From a virus: DNA of 64,000 nucleotides. The stretch is taken from IMG/VR virus record IMGVR_UViG_3300006141_000001; one strand, given 5' to 3'. The notes under the pieces were generated by a model. The model was not told where the DNA came from. It was given only the letters and a program-made list of their open reading frames with translations, and made no database searches. The position numbers and the translations under genes were made by a program. This document shows, piece by piece, positions 49,951 to 59,643 of the stretch (the first letter of the stretch is position 1; the number at the start of each line of letters is the position of its first letter).

Positions 49951-52765
49951 AAATTTATATATCCCATCCATTGATTGTAAAGATTTGTATTTATCGAATA
50001 ATTATTTTAAGAATGTCCCATATGGTTACAAACTCACAAAGAAAGATGGGACAGATAATTTCAACAAATATATCAATAGTTTTGATTATAGTTTGGATTT
50101 AATTGAACTCCGTGAAGTGGCAGATAGAATATATGGGAAAAAAGATTCCTTGTCATTTACAAGCAAAGGAAAAGAATACTCATCAAAAATAATAAACATA
50201 ACGTTTAAATATGCCGTGAAAGAATTTAATAAGGTAGCTCAGAATACATACGTTAGAAACGGCTATAATTTAAGGGATTATTCTTTGGATAACGGTTATG
50301 CCACAGATTTTGACGGTGATGGCTCTGAAATTTTAGTGGCATTAAAAATAAATGAGCCATATTGTAATCATATGGATACAAACTTGCTCCCCCATTTCTT
50401 TTCCTGCAATTATGATGACGAAACAATGTTATATACATATAACCTATGTGGGACAATCAAGACCGTAAAATCAGCAAAAGAACTGAGGAGATGGTGCTAT
50501 AAAAAAGGATTCATCTGTAATGGAATAAATTATTGCAGGTTTAAAAGATCCAGCGGGTCATCAAGGGTAGGGAAATGTCTGTTTATAGACAAAAGATTGT
50601 ATTCAGATATGCATAGGTCAGAACAATGCGGTCTGGATGTGAAGAATGGGGACGAGTTGGACATCGCAGCATTTGAGGCGTATATTTCGCTTCCAACAAG
50701 CAGTATTATTGGAACTGTAGATATAAAACCAGAAAATTTCTTAGTAATAAAAGACTGGGAAAGCGTATTCCATGAAGATGCGATATGCACTGATTTAGGT
50801 GAAGACGGATGGCTAAAAACAGAAGAAAAAAATATGAAAATAACCAATTCCATTTGGGACGGGCAGTCATTGATTGATATTTCCTTAATGGGAGAATACC
50901 GCACAAAAGGCATGATATTGTTAAGGAATAAATTTTTCAAATCATGCTGTTTCAACACTAATATCCAGAAATTTTTCATGGATAATGATATCACAGATAT
51001 TTCTCAGCTTAATGGAGAAACAATCGCCACAGATATAAGAGATATCAAGATAATAACCACGCCATCAAGCATCAAATTCTATAAATTTGGTGATTTAAGC
51101 ACATGGTTTAAGAATATTTATCCGTATTTTGGTGTAGTGAAGTATGATAAAGACACTTATTATTTTGATGGCCGCATGGTACAGGCACATTATCAGCTAT
51201 TAAACACTGTGCAATTGTCAAAAGAGGAAATGAAAGAATTAGTAAAAGATGGTATTGAATATATAAACCTGCTTAATACTGATGTCGATGTTATGCGATA
51301 TCATCTTAAATTTAAAGCAAGTGATAATTATGAATTAGATAATGTAATGAAAGATAAGAGTGAGATTGTGTACAAGCTTTTAAATTACGACTGCAAATTT
51401 GATGAAACCAAGACTTATTATGACTTCAAGAAAAAATTATGTCATGCATACTTAAAGAATATAAAAAAAGGACACATACTTTTAGATGGTACATACGCCA
51501 CACTTTTTGGAAATCCTTACGAAATGCTTTTACAATCAATAGGAAAATTTAATGGGGAATCTATTTTACAGATAGGGACAGTACATAATACAAGATATGA
51601 ATACAATACAACGATTCTTGGAAGCCGTAGCCCACATGTGACAATGGGAAATTTATTGCTTGCGAAAAATGTTGCGTGTGAAAAGATTGATAAGTATTTC
51701 AATCTTACACCAACTATCATATGCATAAATAGCATCAATGAAAATATTTTAGAAAGATTATCTGGGAGTGACTTTGACAGCGATACTTTGCTTATCACAA
51801 ATAATAAAATACTGATAAATGCCGCAAAAAAGAATTATCATATTTTTAAAGTTCCAACACGAAATATCAATCCTCCAAAATCTAAACGCCATTATACCTC
51901 TGAGGATCTTGCAGACTTAGACCATAAAACGAGTAATAATAAAATTGGAGAAATTGTAAATCTCTCTCAGGAATTGAATTCTTTGTTGTGGGATATGGCG
52001 GCAAAATCTGGACAAGATGTCGAAAGCCAATATGAATATGTAAAAGAAATTTATTATGACGTGTGCCAGTTGGATGTTTTAAGTAACATTGAAATAGACA
52101 AAGCGAAAAAAGAATTCCCTGTTGACACGACAAAAGAATTAAAGAAAATGCGTAAGAAGTATGAACAATTGCTGGTAATGTCAGATGGAAGGAAAAGGAT
52201 GCCATTTTTCTTAGGTTTTATCGCCGAAACTAAAAATTATAAAAATGTTGACAAAAAAGATTATCAGAAATATGAAACGAGCATGGATTACTTGCATAGC
52301 TGTGTTAGTAAAAAACGTTCATCTAAATCAAAAGGAAGCGACTTCCTTCCTTTATATGAAATATTTAAACCAGATGATTATGATAAAAATAAAGTACGAA
52401 AACCACAAATAAATAAAATTATTGAATTAGCAAACACTACACTCTCTTATATTCAAATAATTATACAGAATCCATGTTTAACTGGTGATGAGAAGCGGTT
52501 TTATTCTATAAACGCAAAAGAAGAATTACTATATGAAATTAATCGTATGAAGATAAATGAGCATACAATCTATCGTCTCTTATATCGCCTGGAAACACAA
52601 GAATCTATATCAGTGAAAAATATTTTATTTTATATTTTATTTAATTACAAAAATAATGTATTAACAAATTTGTTGAATAATTATAATCGAATTAATACTT
52701 ATTTAACTGAAGATAAACACGGTGAGATTATTGTATATGGTCGTAAATTTACAAAATCCACCTAA
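49943..52765 (+). CDS. yonO: YonO-like single-subunit (cRdRP-fold) DNA-dependent RNA polymerase
   Basis: RSSGSSRVGK, WDGQSL, LLRN, GSRSPH, LSGSDFDSD (DxDxD), IGEIVN, IEIDKAK. Confidence 0.82.
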   Translation: MGKNLYIPSIDCKDLYLSNNYFKNVPYGYKLTKKDGTDNFNKYINSFDYSLDLIELREVADRIYGKKDSLSFTSKGKEYSSKIINITFKYAVKEFNKVAQNTYVRNGYNLRDYSLDNGYATDFDGDGSEILVALKINEPYCNHMDTNLLPHFFSCNYDDETMLYTYNLCGTIKTVKSAKELRRWCYKKGFICNGINYCRFKRSSGSSRVGKCLFIDKRLYSDMHRSEQCGLDVKNGDELDIAAFEAYISLPTSSIIGTVDIKPENFLVIKDWESVFHEDAICTDLGEDGWLKTEEKNMKITNSIWDGQSLIDISLMGEYRTKGMILLRNKFFKSCCFNTNIQKFFMDNDITDISQLNGETIATDIRDIKIITTPSSIKFYKFGDLSTWFKNIYPYFGVVKYDKDTYYFDGRMVQAHYQLLNTVQLSKEEMKELVKDGIEYINLLNTDVDVMRYHLKFKASDNYELDNVMKDKSEIVYKLLNYDCKFDETKTYYDFKKKLCHAYLKNIKKGHILLDGTYATLFGNPYEMLLQSIGKFNGESILQIGTVHNTRYEYNTTILGSRSPHVTMGNLLLAKNVACEKIDKYFNLTPTIICINSINENILERLSGSDFDSDTLLITNNKILINAAKKNYHIFKVPTRNINPPKSKRHYTSEDLADLDHKTSNNKIGEIVNLSQELNSLLWDMAAKSGQDVESQYEYVKEIYYDVCQLDVLSNIEIDKAKKEFPVDTTKELKKMRKKYEQLLVMSDGRKRMPFFLGFIAETKNYKNVDKKDYQKYETSMDYLHSCVSKKRSSKSKGSDFLPLYEIFKPDDYDKNKVRKPQINKIIELANTTLSYIQIIIQNPCLTGDEKRFYSINAKEELLYEINRMKINEHTIYRLLYRLETQESISVKNILFYILFNYKNNVLTNLLNNYNRINTYLTEDKHGEIIVYGRKFTKST

Positions 52766-52973
52766 TATTAATTATATGAGCAAAAACTTTATTAGTTTAA
52801 ATTTTAACCATCTAGCAAGTTTTACTCAAGGGATTTTTACCCAAAAAAGACCCCCTGACCAAAAAAAATGGGAAGAAAACCCTAGATTTTTAAGGAAAAT
52901 CTCAAGCCTCCATAAGTACGTATTAGGAGAGACAAAAAACGAAATAAAAATTAGCTAATAAGGAGACCAATAT

Positions 52974-53606
52974 ATGAGAAAAATTAGTATCACAGAAGCA
53001 CTCAATGAATTGAAATTATACGACTCAAAAATCACAAAGGCAATCAATTCCGCCAAGTTCTGTGGAGCAGCTAAAAAGTCTTCAAGCAAAATTGGAGCAA
53101 TTACAAAAGAAGATTTCAATGAACGCGCAAAAGCATCTTACCAGTCTATCACAGATTTGATTTCAAACAGGAACACATTAAAATCTGCAATCGTAAAATC
53201 AAATGCGACAACTGAGGTTATCATCAATAACAAAACAATGACAGTTGCGGAGGCTATTGAGCGTAAGAACTCCATTGCATATGACGAGATGCTATTGTCA
53301 ACAATGGTTGCCCAGTATAATGCCACAAATCTAACTGTAGAAAGAGAAAATAAGCGTGTAGACAATAAAGTCGATGAACTCCTCGCCACGTTAATTGGCA
53401 AAGATGGCGATAAGAAGATTGACAAGGCAACCCAGGAGGCAGTAGAAATCCCATACAGGGAAAAGAACGAGTTCGAATTGCTGGATATTATTGGACTTTA
53501 TAACAAAATCACGGCACTTGAGTCAGAAATTGATGGATTTAAGTCAGAAGTCGATACAAAGCTAAGTATCTCAAATTCTATAACATATATTGAAGTTGAT
53601 TTTTAA
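52974..53606 (+). CDS. Coiled-coil protein resembling the DIP1984/'septicolysin-like' family
   Basis: ISITEALNELK...LKSAIVKSNATT...MTVAEAIERK...FKSEVDTKLSISNSIT; family assignment from recall. Confidence 0.6.
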   Translation: MRKISITEALNELKLYDSKITKAINSAKFCGAAKKSSSKIGAITKEDFNERAKASYQSITDLISNRNTLKSAIVKSNATTEVIINNKTMTVAEAIERKNSIAYDEMLLSTMVAQYNATNLTVERENKRVDNKVDELLATLIGKDGDKKIDKATQEAVEIPYREKNEFELLDIIGLYNKITALESEIDGFKSEVDTKLSISNSITYIEVDF

Positions 53607-53624
53607 GGTTTTTGTATAATGTTT

Positions 53625-53980
53625 TGCAGTTATCACGTAAATCTTAAACTTACGCCCTGTGCCTATGCAGGAAATCATAGGCAAATTAAATCTTGAATGG
53701 TATGTTAAGAGAACAAGCAGAATTAAATGTTTAGGAGATATTTATGTTTGATTGAATTGAATACTAATTCGCAATTTATACATAATTTAATGCGAAATTC
53801 AAACAAAACACATACTAAAAGTTCAACGTTTATTTCTTAACTTTTAAAATTCATTCATCAAAATTCTTTTTACATAACGTTTAAAGCATAAATAATAAAG
53901 ATCGATAAAATCCGCTTATTAAGGTTTATATGGGATGCGTAATTGCCATGAAGATTTCACCAGTGGCTGTGATGGCTGCA
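53625..53980 (+). ncRNA. Candidate ~355-nt structured RNA with a 7-nt periodic tract
   Basis: 12-bp closing stem with G-U pairs, inner stems, TATAAT immediately upstream, heptads at 53814-53906. Confidence 0.7.
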
Positions 53981-54048
53981 TAGATAGATATGATTTACTG
54001 TTTCGTAGGTGGCAATGCTGTTTATCGGCATTGCTGCTTATCAAATAA

Positions 54049-54121
54049 GTGCCTATAACTCAATTGGTAGAGTAACCGGCTTTTAACCGGTAGGTTTTGG
54101 GTTCAAGTCCCAATGGGCGCA
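54049..54121 (+). tRNA. tRNA-Lys(TTT)
   Basis: GTGCCTA/TGGGCGC acceptor, ACCGG-CTTTTAA-CCGGT, GGGTTCAAGTCCC. Confidence 0.92.
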
Positions 54122-54122
54122 T

Positions 54123-54203
54123 TGCTGGCGAGTAGAACGGATATATAAACCATACCAGACTCATAATCTGCGTGGTACCAGGTTCGACTCCTGGGCTTCA
54201 GCA
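54123..54203 (+). tRNA. Atypical or pseudo tRNA with CAT anticodon
   Basis: CAGA-CTCATAA-TCTG, CCAGG-TTCGACT-CCTGG, TGCTGG/TCAGCA acceptor; D arm aberrant. Confidence 0.55.
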
Positions 54204-54285
54204 ATTTTTCAATAGATGCATGGTAACTCTACATATTTCTATAAATAAAAATTTAGAGTTAGAAGTTCATTATGGAGGAATAAAC

Positions 54286-54465
54286 ATGAAAAATGAGAAG
54301 AATTGGTACAGATGTACTACAAGGGAAGAAATGGTGTTGTTAGTGGCTTCTGGTTTCGATTATACGAATTTCAGGCCAGATAAATATAACAATGGAAACA
54401 ATACTTATTTCTTTGAAAGAACTGAGAAATTGGAAAAATTTTTAGAACTTTGGAAACAGCAATAA
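54286..54465 (+). CDS. Small DUF5659-like phage protein
   Basis: GGAGG RBS; LVASGF...PDK.N..NTYFFERTEKL. Confidence 0.55.
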   Translation: MKNEKNWYRCTTREEMVLLVASGFDYTNFRPDKYNNGNNTYFFERTEKLEKFLELWKQQ

Positions 54466-54466
54466 G

Positions 54467-55264
54467 TTGAGAAAGGAAAATATTATGAACAAGATTGATA
54501 TTTTTAGGAATGAAGAATTTGGAGAAATTAGGACAACAATAATTGATGGAGAACCGTGGTTTGTAGGAAAAGATGTGGCACAGTCATTAGGATATGAAAA
54601 GGCAAGGAATGCCATAGCAACACATGTTGATAAAGATGACGCCCTGAAATGGGGCGTCACCGATTCACTTGGAAGAAAGCAAGAAACAACCATTATCAAT
54701 GAATCCGGACTTTACTCACTTATCTTATCAAGCAAATTAGATTCAGCAAAACGATTCAAACATTGGATAACTTCAGAAGTATTGCCATCAATCCGCAAGC
54801 ACGATGCCTATATGACAAACGAAGCAATAGAACGTACACTGACGGATCCAGACTATCTTATCCAGTTGGCTACCGCCCTCAAAAAAGAACGTGAGGAAAA
54901 AGAACTAGAAAAGAATAAACGGAAATTAGCGGAACAAACTATTGAGAAGCAAAAACCACTTGTCGAATTTGCCAACCAGGTTTCTGATACAAAAGACTTG
55001 ATAGACATGAAAACGATGGCAAAATTACTAAAAGATGAAAATATCAATATCGGCAGAAATCGCCTGTTCACATTTTTGAGAAATCATAAAATCTTGATGG
55101 ATGATAATCAACCATACCAAAGATATATAGATGCTGGATATTTCAAAGTAAATGAGTATACATACAAAAACTCTTCTGGAGATCCGAAAATAAAAAGACA
55201 AACTTTTGTCACTGGAAAAGGACAAGTGTATATTGTAAATAAAGTGAAAAAGATTTTGAGTTAA
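54467..55264 (+). CDS. Phage antirepressor, Bro-N plus KilA-C (ANT)
   Basis: FGEIRT...PWFVGKDVA...INESGLYSLILSSKL; IGRNRLF...TFVTGKGQ. Confidence 0.92.
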   Translation: MRKENIMNKIDIFRNEEFGEIRTTIIDGEPWFVGKDVAQSLGYEKARNAIATHVDKDDALKWGVTDSLGRKQETTIINESGLYSLILSSKLDSAKRFKHWITSEVLPSIRKHDAYMTNEAIERTLTDPDYLIQLATALKKEREEKELEKNKRKLAEQTIEKQKPLVEFANQVSDTKDLIDMKTMAKLLKDENINIGRNRLFTFLRNHKILMDDNQPYQRYIDAGYFKVNEYTYKNSSGDPKIKRQTFVTGKGQVYIVNKVKKILS

Positions 55265-55301
55265 AAATAATTGGGGCGGATTACTCCTGCCCTCATAATA
55301 T

Positions 55302-55374
55302 TGGCATATAGTTCAATCGGTAGAACACTTGGCTGTTAACCAAGGGGATGTAGGTTCGAATCCTACTATGCCAG
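55302..55374 (+). tRNA. tRNA-Asn(GTT)
   Basis: TGGCATA/TATGCCA acceptor, CTTGG-CTGTTAA-CCAAG, GTAGGTTCGAATCCTAC. Confidence 0.93.
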
Positions 55375-55410
55375 CTACTCCCTTGCATGGGAGAATTTTA
55401 AGGAAAGCGA

Positions 55411-55602
55411 GTGAATAATATAGTCAGAATTTCAAGGAAAGAAATGGAGTTTCTGCAAAAAAACGGTGTCAGGTTTGGCGAAGAAGGCATAGTCGCCACA
55501 ACAGGGCATCACAAGTCATGGTATTTGACGGAATCAGAGGAAAACAAATATTTAATGAGGAAATACCATGCGGAAAATTATAAAAAACGAATAGGAAAGT
55601 AG
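55411..55602 (+). CDS. Hypothetical phage protein
   Basis: 63-aa ORF with RBS. Confidence 0.5.
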   Translation: MNNIVRISRKEMEFLQKNGVRFGEEGIVATTGHHKSWYLTESEENKYLMRKYHAENYKKRIGK

Positions 55603-55611
55603 GGATTCTAT

Positions 55612-57054
55612 ATAGCTAAGAAAAAGAAAAACATAGCTTTGGAAGTTATAGGAGGGAATGCGTCTGGTATTACTGGAAGCTGCACAAAGATAGAGTTCAA
55701 TAAAAGGACTATTTTGTTTGAACTTGGGATGATACAGGACTGCCCTACAATCCTTGGCAATTATAAGGAAAACTGTGCTATCCTAAATAAGATAAAAGCA
55801 AAGAATATTGAAATGGTCATTATAGGGCATTGCCATTGCGACCATATCGCATTGATTCCAACGCTTTTTGCGCGAGGTAACAGGACAGTTAGGATTATTG
55901 CCCCAAAGGACAGTGCCTGCATTTTAAAAGAAATGTGGTCTGATTCTGCGTGTATAAACAATAGGGACTGTGAAATATTGAACAGGCGCAGTGGCAAGTC
56001 GTATACGCCTTTATACACACAGGAAGAAGTAGACATGGCGCTAAATAATGTGGAGGAGTTAGAAATCGGGGAACTAGTAGAGATAGATGAAGATATATCC
56101 ATCCGATACACTCCTGCTGGACATATTTTGAGGTCATGCCAGACAGAACTGTATATTAAGGCTGGCTCACACACAAAAAAGATATTATTCTCTTCTGATT
56201 TGGGGAACACAATGATACAGGACAGAAAGGTTTTTGTTGAGCATTTTGAGCCTGTAAACAGTGCAAACATAGCGTTTGTTGAAAGCACATATGGCAGGCG
56301 CGGATCCTCAATGACAGGAAAAAATATCCTTCTGGATAGGGAAAAGATGAAGACAGTAATACGCCAGTTCTGTATTGACAATAAAAAGCGTGTATTGATA
56401 CCTACATTTTCCCTGGATAGGATGCCTCAGATATTATGGGAACTATACCAGATATTTGGGGATGACAAGTCTTTTAAAATCCCAGTCCTTGTAGATAGTC
56501 CTTTGGCAAATAGATTATTAGACTGCTACTCTTCTATTTTAAGCGGGGCTTCTAAAGAAAAATTTGATGAAATGATGTCATGGGGGAATATAAAAAGAAT
56601 CATTTCTCCAGAAGACAGCAAATTAGCCATTGCGGATGGTTCAGCAAAAATAATTTGCGCATCATCTGGGATGCTGACTGCCGGAAGGAGTATAAAATGG
56701 GTTCAAAGTATCCTGCCAAACAAAAACGACTGTATATTGTGCGTTGGATATGCTGGCGAAGATACGTTGGCCTGGAAGATAAAAAATGGCTCCGATAAGA
56801 AAACCATCAATATAAACGGAAAACCTTATAAGAATAAAGCACAGTTGGTTGACCTGCATTCTTATAGCAGTCATATGCAAAGGAATGATCTGATTGATTA
56901 TTACAAGGGGATTAGGTGTGAAAAATTATATTTAATACACGGAGACTTGCAGGCACGTATAGAATTAAAAGAGGATTTGGGAAAAGCCATATCGGATTGC
57001 TGCAGTTCAACAAGAGTTTTAATCGTAAATAAAGGAATGAAAATCTCATTGTGA
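55612..57054 (+). CDS. Metallo-beta-lactamase/beta-CASP nuclease (probable ATA start)
   Basis: ITGSC, HCHCDH, AGHI, ESTYG, SSGML..GR, VGY, SSH, LIHGD. Confidence 0.88.
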   Translation: MAKKKKNIALEVIGGNASGITGSCTKIEFNKRTILFELGMIQDCPTILGNYKENCAILNKIKAKNIEMVIIGHCHCDHIALIPTLFARGNRTVRIIAPKDSACILKEMWSDSACINNRDCEILNRRSGKSYTPLYTQEEVDMALNNVEELEIGELVEIDEDISIRYTPAGHILRSCQTELYIKAGSHTKKILFSSDLGNTMIQDRKVFVEHFEPVNSANIAFVESTYGRRGSSMTGKNILLDREKMKTVIRQFCIDNKKRVLIPTFSLDRMPQILWELYQIFGDDKSFKIPVLVDSPLANRLLDCYSSILSGASKEKFDEMMSWGNIKRIISPEDSKLAIADGSAKIICASSGMLTAGRSIKWVQSILPNKNDCILCVGYAGEDTLAWKIKNGSDKKTININGKPYKNKAQLVDLHSYSSHMQRNDLIDYYKGIRCEKLYLIHGDLQARIELKEDLGKAISDCCSSTRVLIVNKGMKISL

Positions 57055-57719
57055 GAAATATAAAGAAACTGGAGAAGCGTTGTATGAATAAAGATTATTT
57101 AGATATGGACATAACAGAAAGCATAGGGGAATTTGCGAATTACAAACTGCCAGAGCCAACATTACTGGATTATTACAGGAGAATACAGCAGCGTGAAATC
57201 CTTCTAAATTGCGAAATTGATGACGGGATTGTTGAATGGACGCAGCAGATAATTATGTGGAATAAGGAAGATGAGGGAAAGGGTATCCAAGAAAGGAGGC
57301 CAATTAAAATTTTCATCAACTCAAATGGCGGAAGCTTGAATGCCATTATGGAATTTATTACCATATGTAACCTGAGCCGTACCCCTGTCAAAGCCATTGG
57401 GATGGGGAAATGCTATTCATCGGGAGGATTGCTGCTTATGGGCGTCCCAAAAGGGAACAGGTACATTTTATCCACCACGGAGGCCTTAGTCCATGATGGG
57501 GCGACAGGAAGTTATGGCGATACAGGGAAAGTACTGGATGATTTGGAATATACAAAAAAGGTAGAAGAATCTACTAAAAAATTCATACTCGGACATACAA
57601 AAATTACAGAAGAAGAGTATGATGCAAATTATCGGAGGAACTGGTGGCTAGATTCAGATGAGATAATCAAATACGGGTTAGCCGACCATATTGTAAATAA
57701 TATTGAAGAATTATTCTAA
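57051..57719 (+). CDS. ClpP-like protease subunit (likely start 57084)
   Basis: PIKIFINSNGG, CYSSG (Ser), LVHDG (His), YGLADHI. Confidence 0.85.
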   Translation: MRNIKKLEKRCMNKDYLDMDITESIGEFANYKLPEPTLLDYYRRIQQREILLNCEIDDGIVEWTQQIIMWNKEDEGKGIQERRPIKIFINSNGGSLNAIMEFITICNLSRTPVKAIGMGKCYSSGGLLLMGVPKGNRYILSTTEALVHDGATGSYGDTGKVLDDLEYTKKVEESTKKFILGHTKITEEEYDANYRRNWWLDSDEIIKYGLADHIVNNIEELF

Positions 57720-57738
57720 AAAGAAAGGAAATAAAAAA

Positions 57739-57945
57739 ATGGCAAATTTTACATACAAGGAAACAAAAACAGAAAAGGTAGTAATAAAGGGGATGTTGTC
57801 TGATGATGGCAAGACGATCACTGTGACAGAAAAGAATGATGACAGAGACGTATCTATCCAGGAGTATATTGACAAATTCGCTGGCGGGTATGTTGAGATG
57901 ACACTTGGGACAAAATCAGAAAATGATCTGTTAGATAATGGTTAA
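57739..57945 (+). CDS. YonK-like small protein
   Basis: VIKG...ITVTEK...IDKFAG..VEMT resembles SPbeta YonK; sits just before the YonJ-like gene. Confidence 0.55.
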   Translation: MANFTYKETKTEKVVIKGMLSDDGKTITVTEKNDDRDVSIQEYIDKFAGGYVEMTLGTKSENDLLDNG

Positions 57946-57950
57946 GGGCG

Positions 57951-59165
57951 GTGGAAATACTGTTTGATGTAAAACGCAAAGATTCAGAAAACGAATCTCA
58001 ATATCTGTGGAGATTAGGCCAGGCTAAAGATACTGGCCTAATTGATATTGACTGGCAGGGAATCGCGGATATCATGAATAGTGAGTTTGGCAATCCAGAT
58101 AAACCCTATTCAGAAGCTGCATGGAGAAAGCCATATCAGATGGCCAAAAAGTTTTTTAACGATGGCGTATTTACCAGCTATGGTGATGAACACCATATAC
58201 AGATACTGGAACAGCGACAGGAATTGGAAAAAGAACGTGTGAAAGTGCGGGATGAGCGCAATGAACTGAGACGTATCCTGCGTAATGAGGCACGGAAAGA
58301 AAGTTACAGGGAGCAGATATTACGGAGCATTTCTGAACATAGTCATATTCCGCTTTCTTATGATGAATCAAAGAAATTTAGAGGAGTATTGAAGTCAGAT
58401 AATGATTTGCTAATCTCATTGTTTGACATACACGCTGGGATAAAAACTGTTAATTTCTGGAATAAATTTGATGAAAAAGTTTTAAAGAACAGATTAAATG
58501 CATACTTAGACAAGATATTTGAGATATGGCTAAGGCATGGTTCAGAAAATGCATTTGTAGTATTAAGCGAACTTATTTCTGGATTTATACATCCTACCAT
58601 TAGGATTGAGAATAACCAGGATGTAATCGAGCAGTTTTTATGTGTTACAGATTATGTGGCTGAATTTCTCAGTGAACTGAGTTACCGTTTCAACACGGTT
58701 CATGTCTATATAGCCCCTGGGAATCATGGGAGGCTATCCCCTAAAAAAGAAGACAATTTATCTAATGAAAACATGGACAATTTAGTCCTTCCATTTTTGG
58801 AGGCAAAATTGCAGAATTTCAAAAACATCCATTGCCACAAGAATAATATTGAGCAGTCAATCGCAATGTTCAGCGTACGTGGTACAACTGTATTCAGCAG
58901 TCATGGGGATAAGGAATCTTTGGATAATGCAATTCAGAATCTGACAATGTTTACAGGGACACGGCCAGATATTTACTTATGTGGACACAGGCATACTAAC
59001 GCAATGAAAACGGTATACGACTCAAAAGTATTGCAGGCAGGTTCTCTGTCTGGTTCTGACTCGTATTGTATGGATAAGAGATTAAAGAATAGGCCAGAAC
59101 AATTAGCGGCAGTCATAAATAATATATCAGGACTTGACTGTATATATGATATAAAATTTCAATAG
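57951..59165 (+). CDS. YonJ-like calcineurin-type metallophosphoesterase
   Basis: DIHAG, PGNHGR, SHGD, GHRH. Confidence 0.8.
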   Translation: MEILFDVKRKDSENESQYLWRLGQAKDTGLIDIDWQGIADIMNSEFGNPDKPYSEAAWRKPYQMAKKFFNDGVFTSYGDEHHIQILEQRQELEKERVKVRDERNELRRILRNEARKESYREQILRSISEHSHIPLSYDESKKFRGVLKSDNDLLISLFDIHAGIKTVNFWNKFDEKVLKNRLNAYLDKIFEIWLRHGSENAFVVLSELISGFIHPTIRIENNQDVIEQFLCVTDYVAEFLSELSYRFNTVHVYIAPGNHGRLSPKKEDNLSNENMDNLVLPFLEAKLQNFKNIHCHKNNIEQSIAMFSVRGTTVFSSHGDKESLDNAIQNLTMFTGTRPDIYLCGHRHTNAMKTVYDSKVLQAGSLSGSDSYCMDKRLKNRPEQLAAVINNISGLDCIYDIKFQ

Positions 59166-59178
59166 AAAGGAAATATAA

Positions 59179-59502
59179 ATGGATAAAATTTTAGAAGTAT
59201 TATTTGGAAACCCGCAGATGGTGGAACCTTTGCTCAAAGGATATATTGATAGATATAAGCCTGTTGTGTATTCTATAATGGGAGACTTATTTGGTGTATT
59301 CACCGATTTGACAGAAAACAAAAAATATTACCAAACACTTGCAAAGCATAAATGGAATATGTATAGCGCATATGTAGATGCAGGATTTACAAATGAGCAG
59401 GCTATGGCATTGATTCTGAACGACAACCTTCAGCTTGCGAAAAATATAAGTTCTGCAAATCAGTCCGCATCATCCACATTATCTGCTATTTCAAAATCAT
59501 AA
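59179..59502 (+). CDS. Hypothetical phage protein
   Basis: YVDAGFTNEQAMALI; AAAGG RBS. Confidence 0.6.
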   Translation: MDKILEVLFGNPQMVEPLLKGYIDRYKPVVYSIMGDLFGVFTDLTENKKYYQTLAKHKWNMYSAYVDAGFTNEQAMALILNDNLQLAKNISSANQSASSTLSAISKS

Positions 59503-59643
59503 ACAGATAAACAATATTGACAATAATGCTGCAATAGGTATGCAGCTTTTAATTTGGCTGAAAAAGCCATCAAAACACGCTAGAGAGTAACTTAGGTTGC
59601 TCTCTTTAATATTGAAAAAATAAAATAAAAAGGAGAAAATAAA

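Noticed and set aside
50300-50325. Exact DFDGD pentapeptide in the N-terminal part of the RNAP
   Set aside because: It lies in a variable acidic region far from RSPH; the DFDSD downstream of RSPH is in the expected catalytic position
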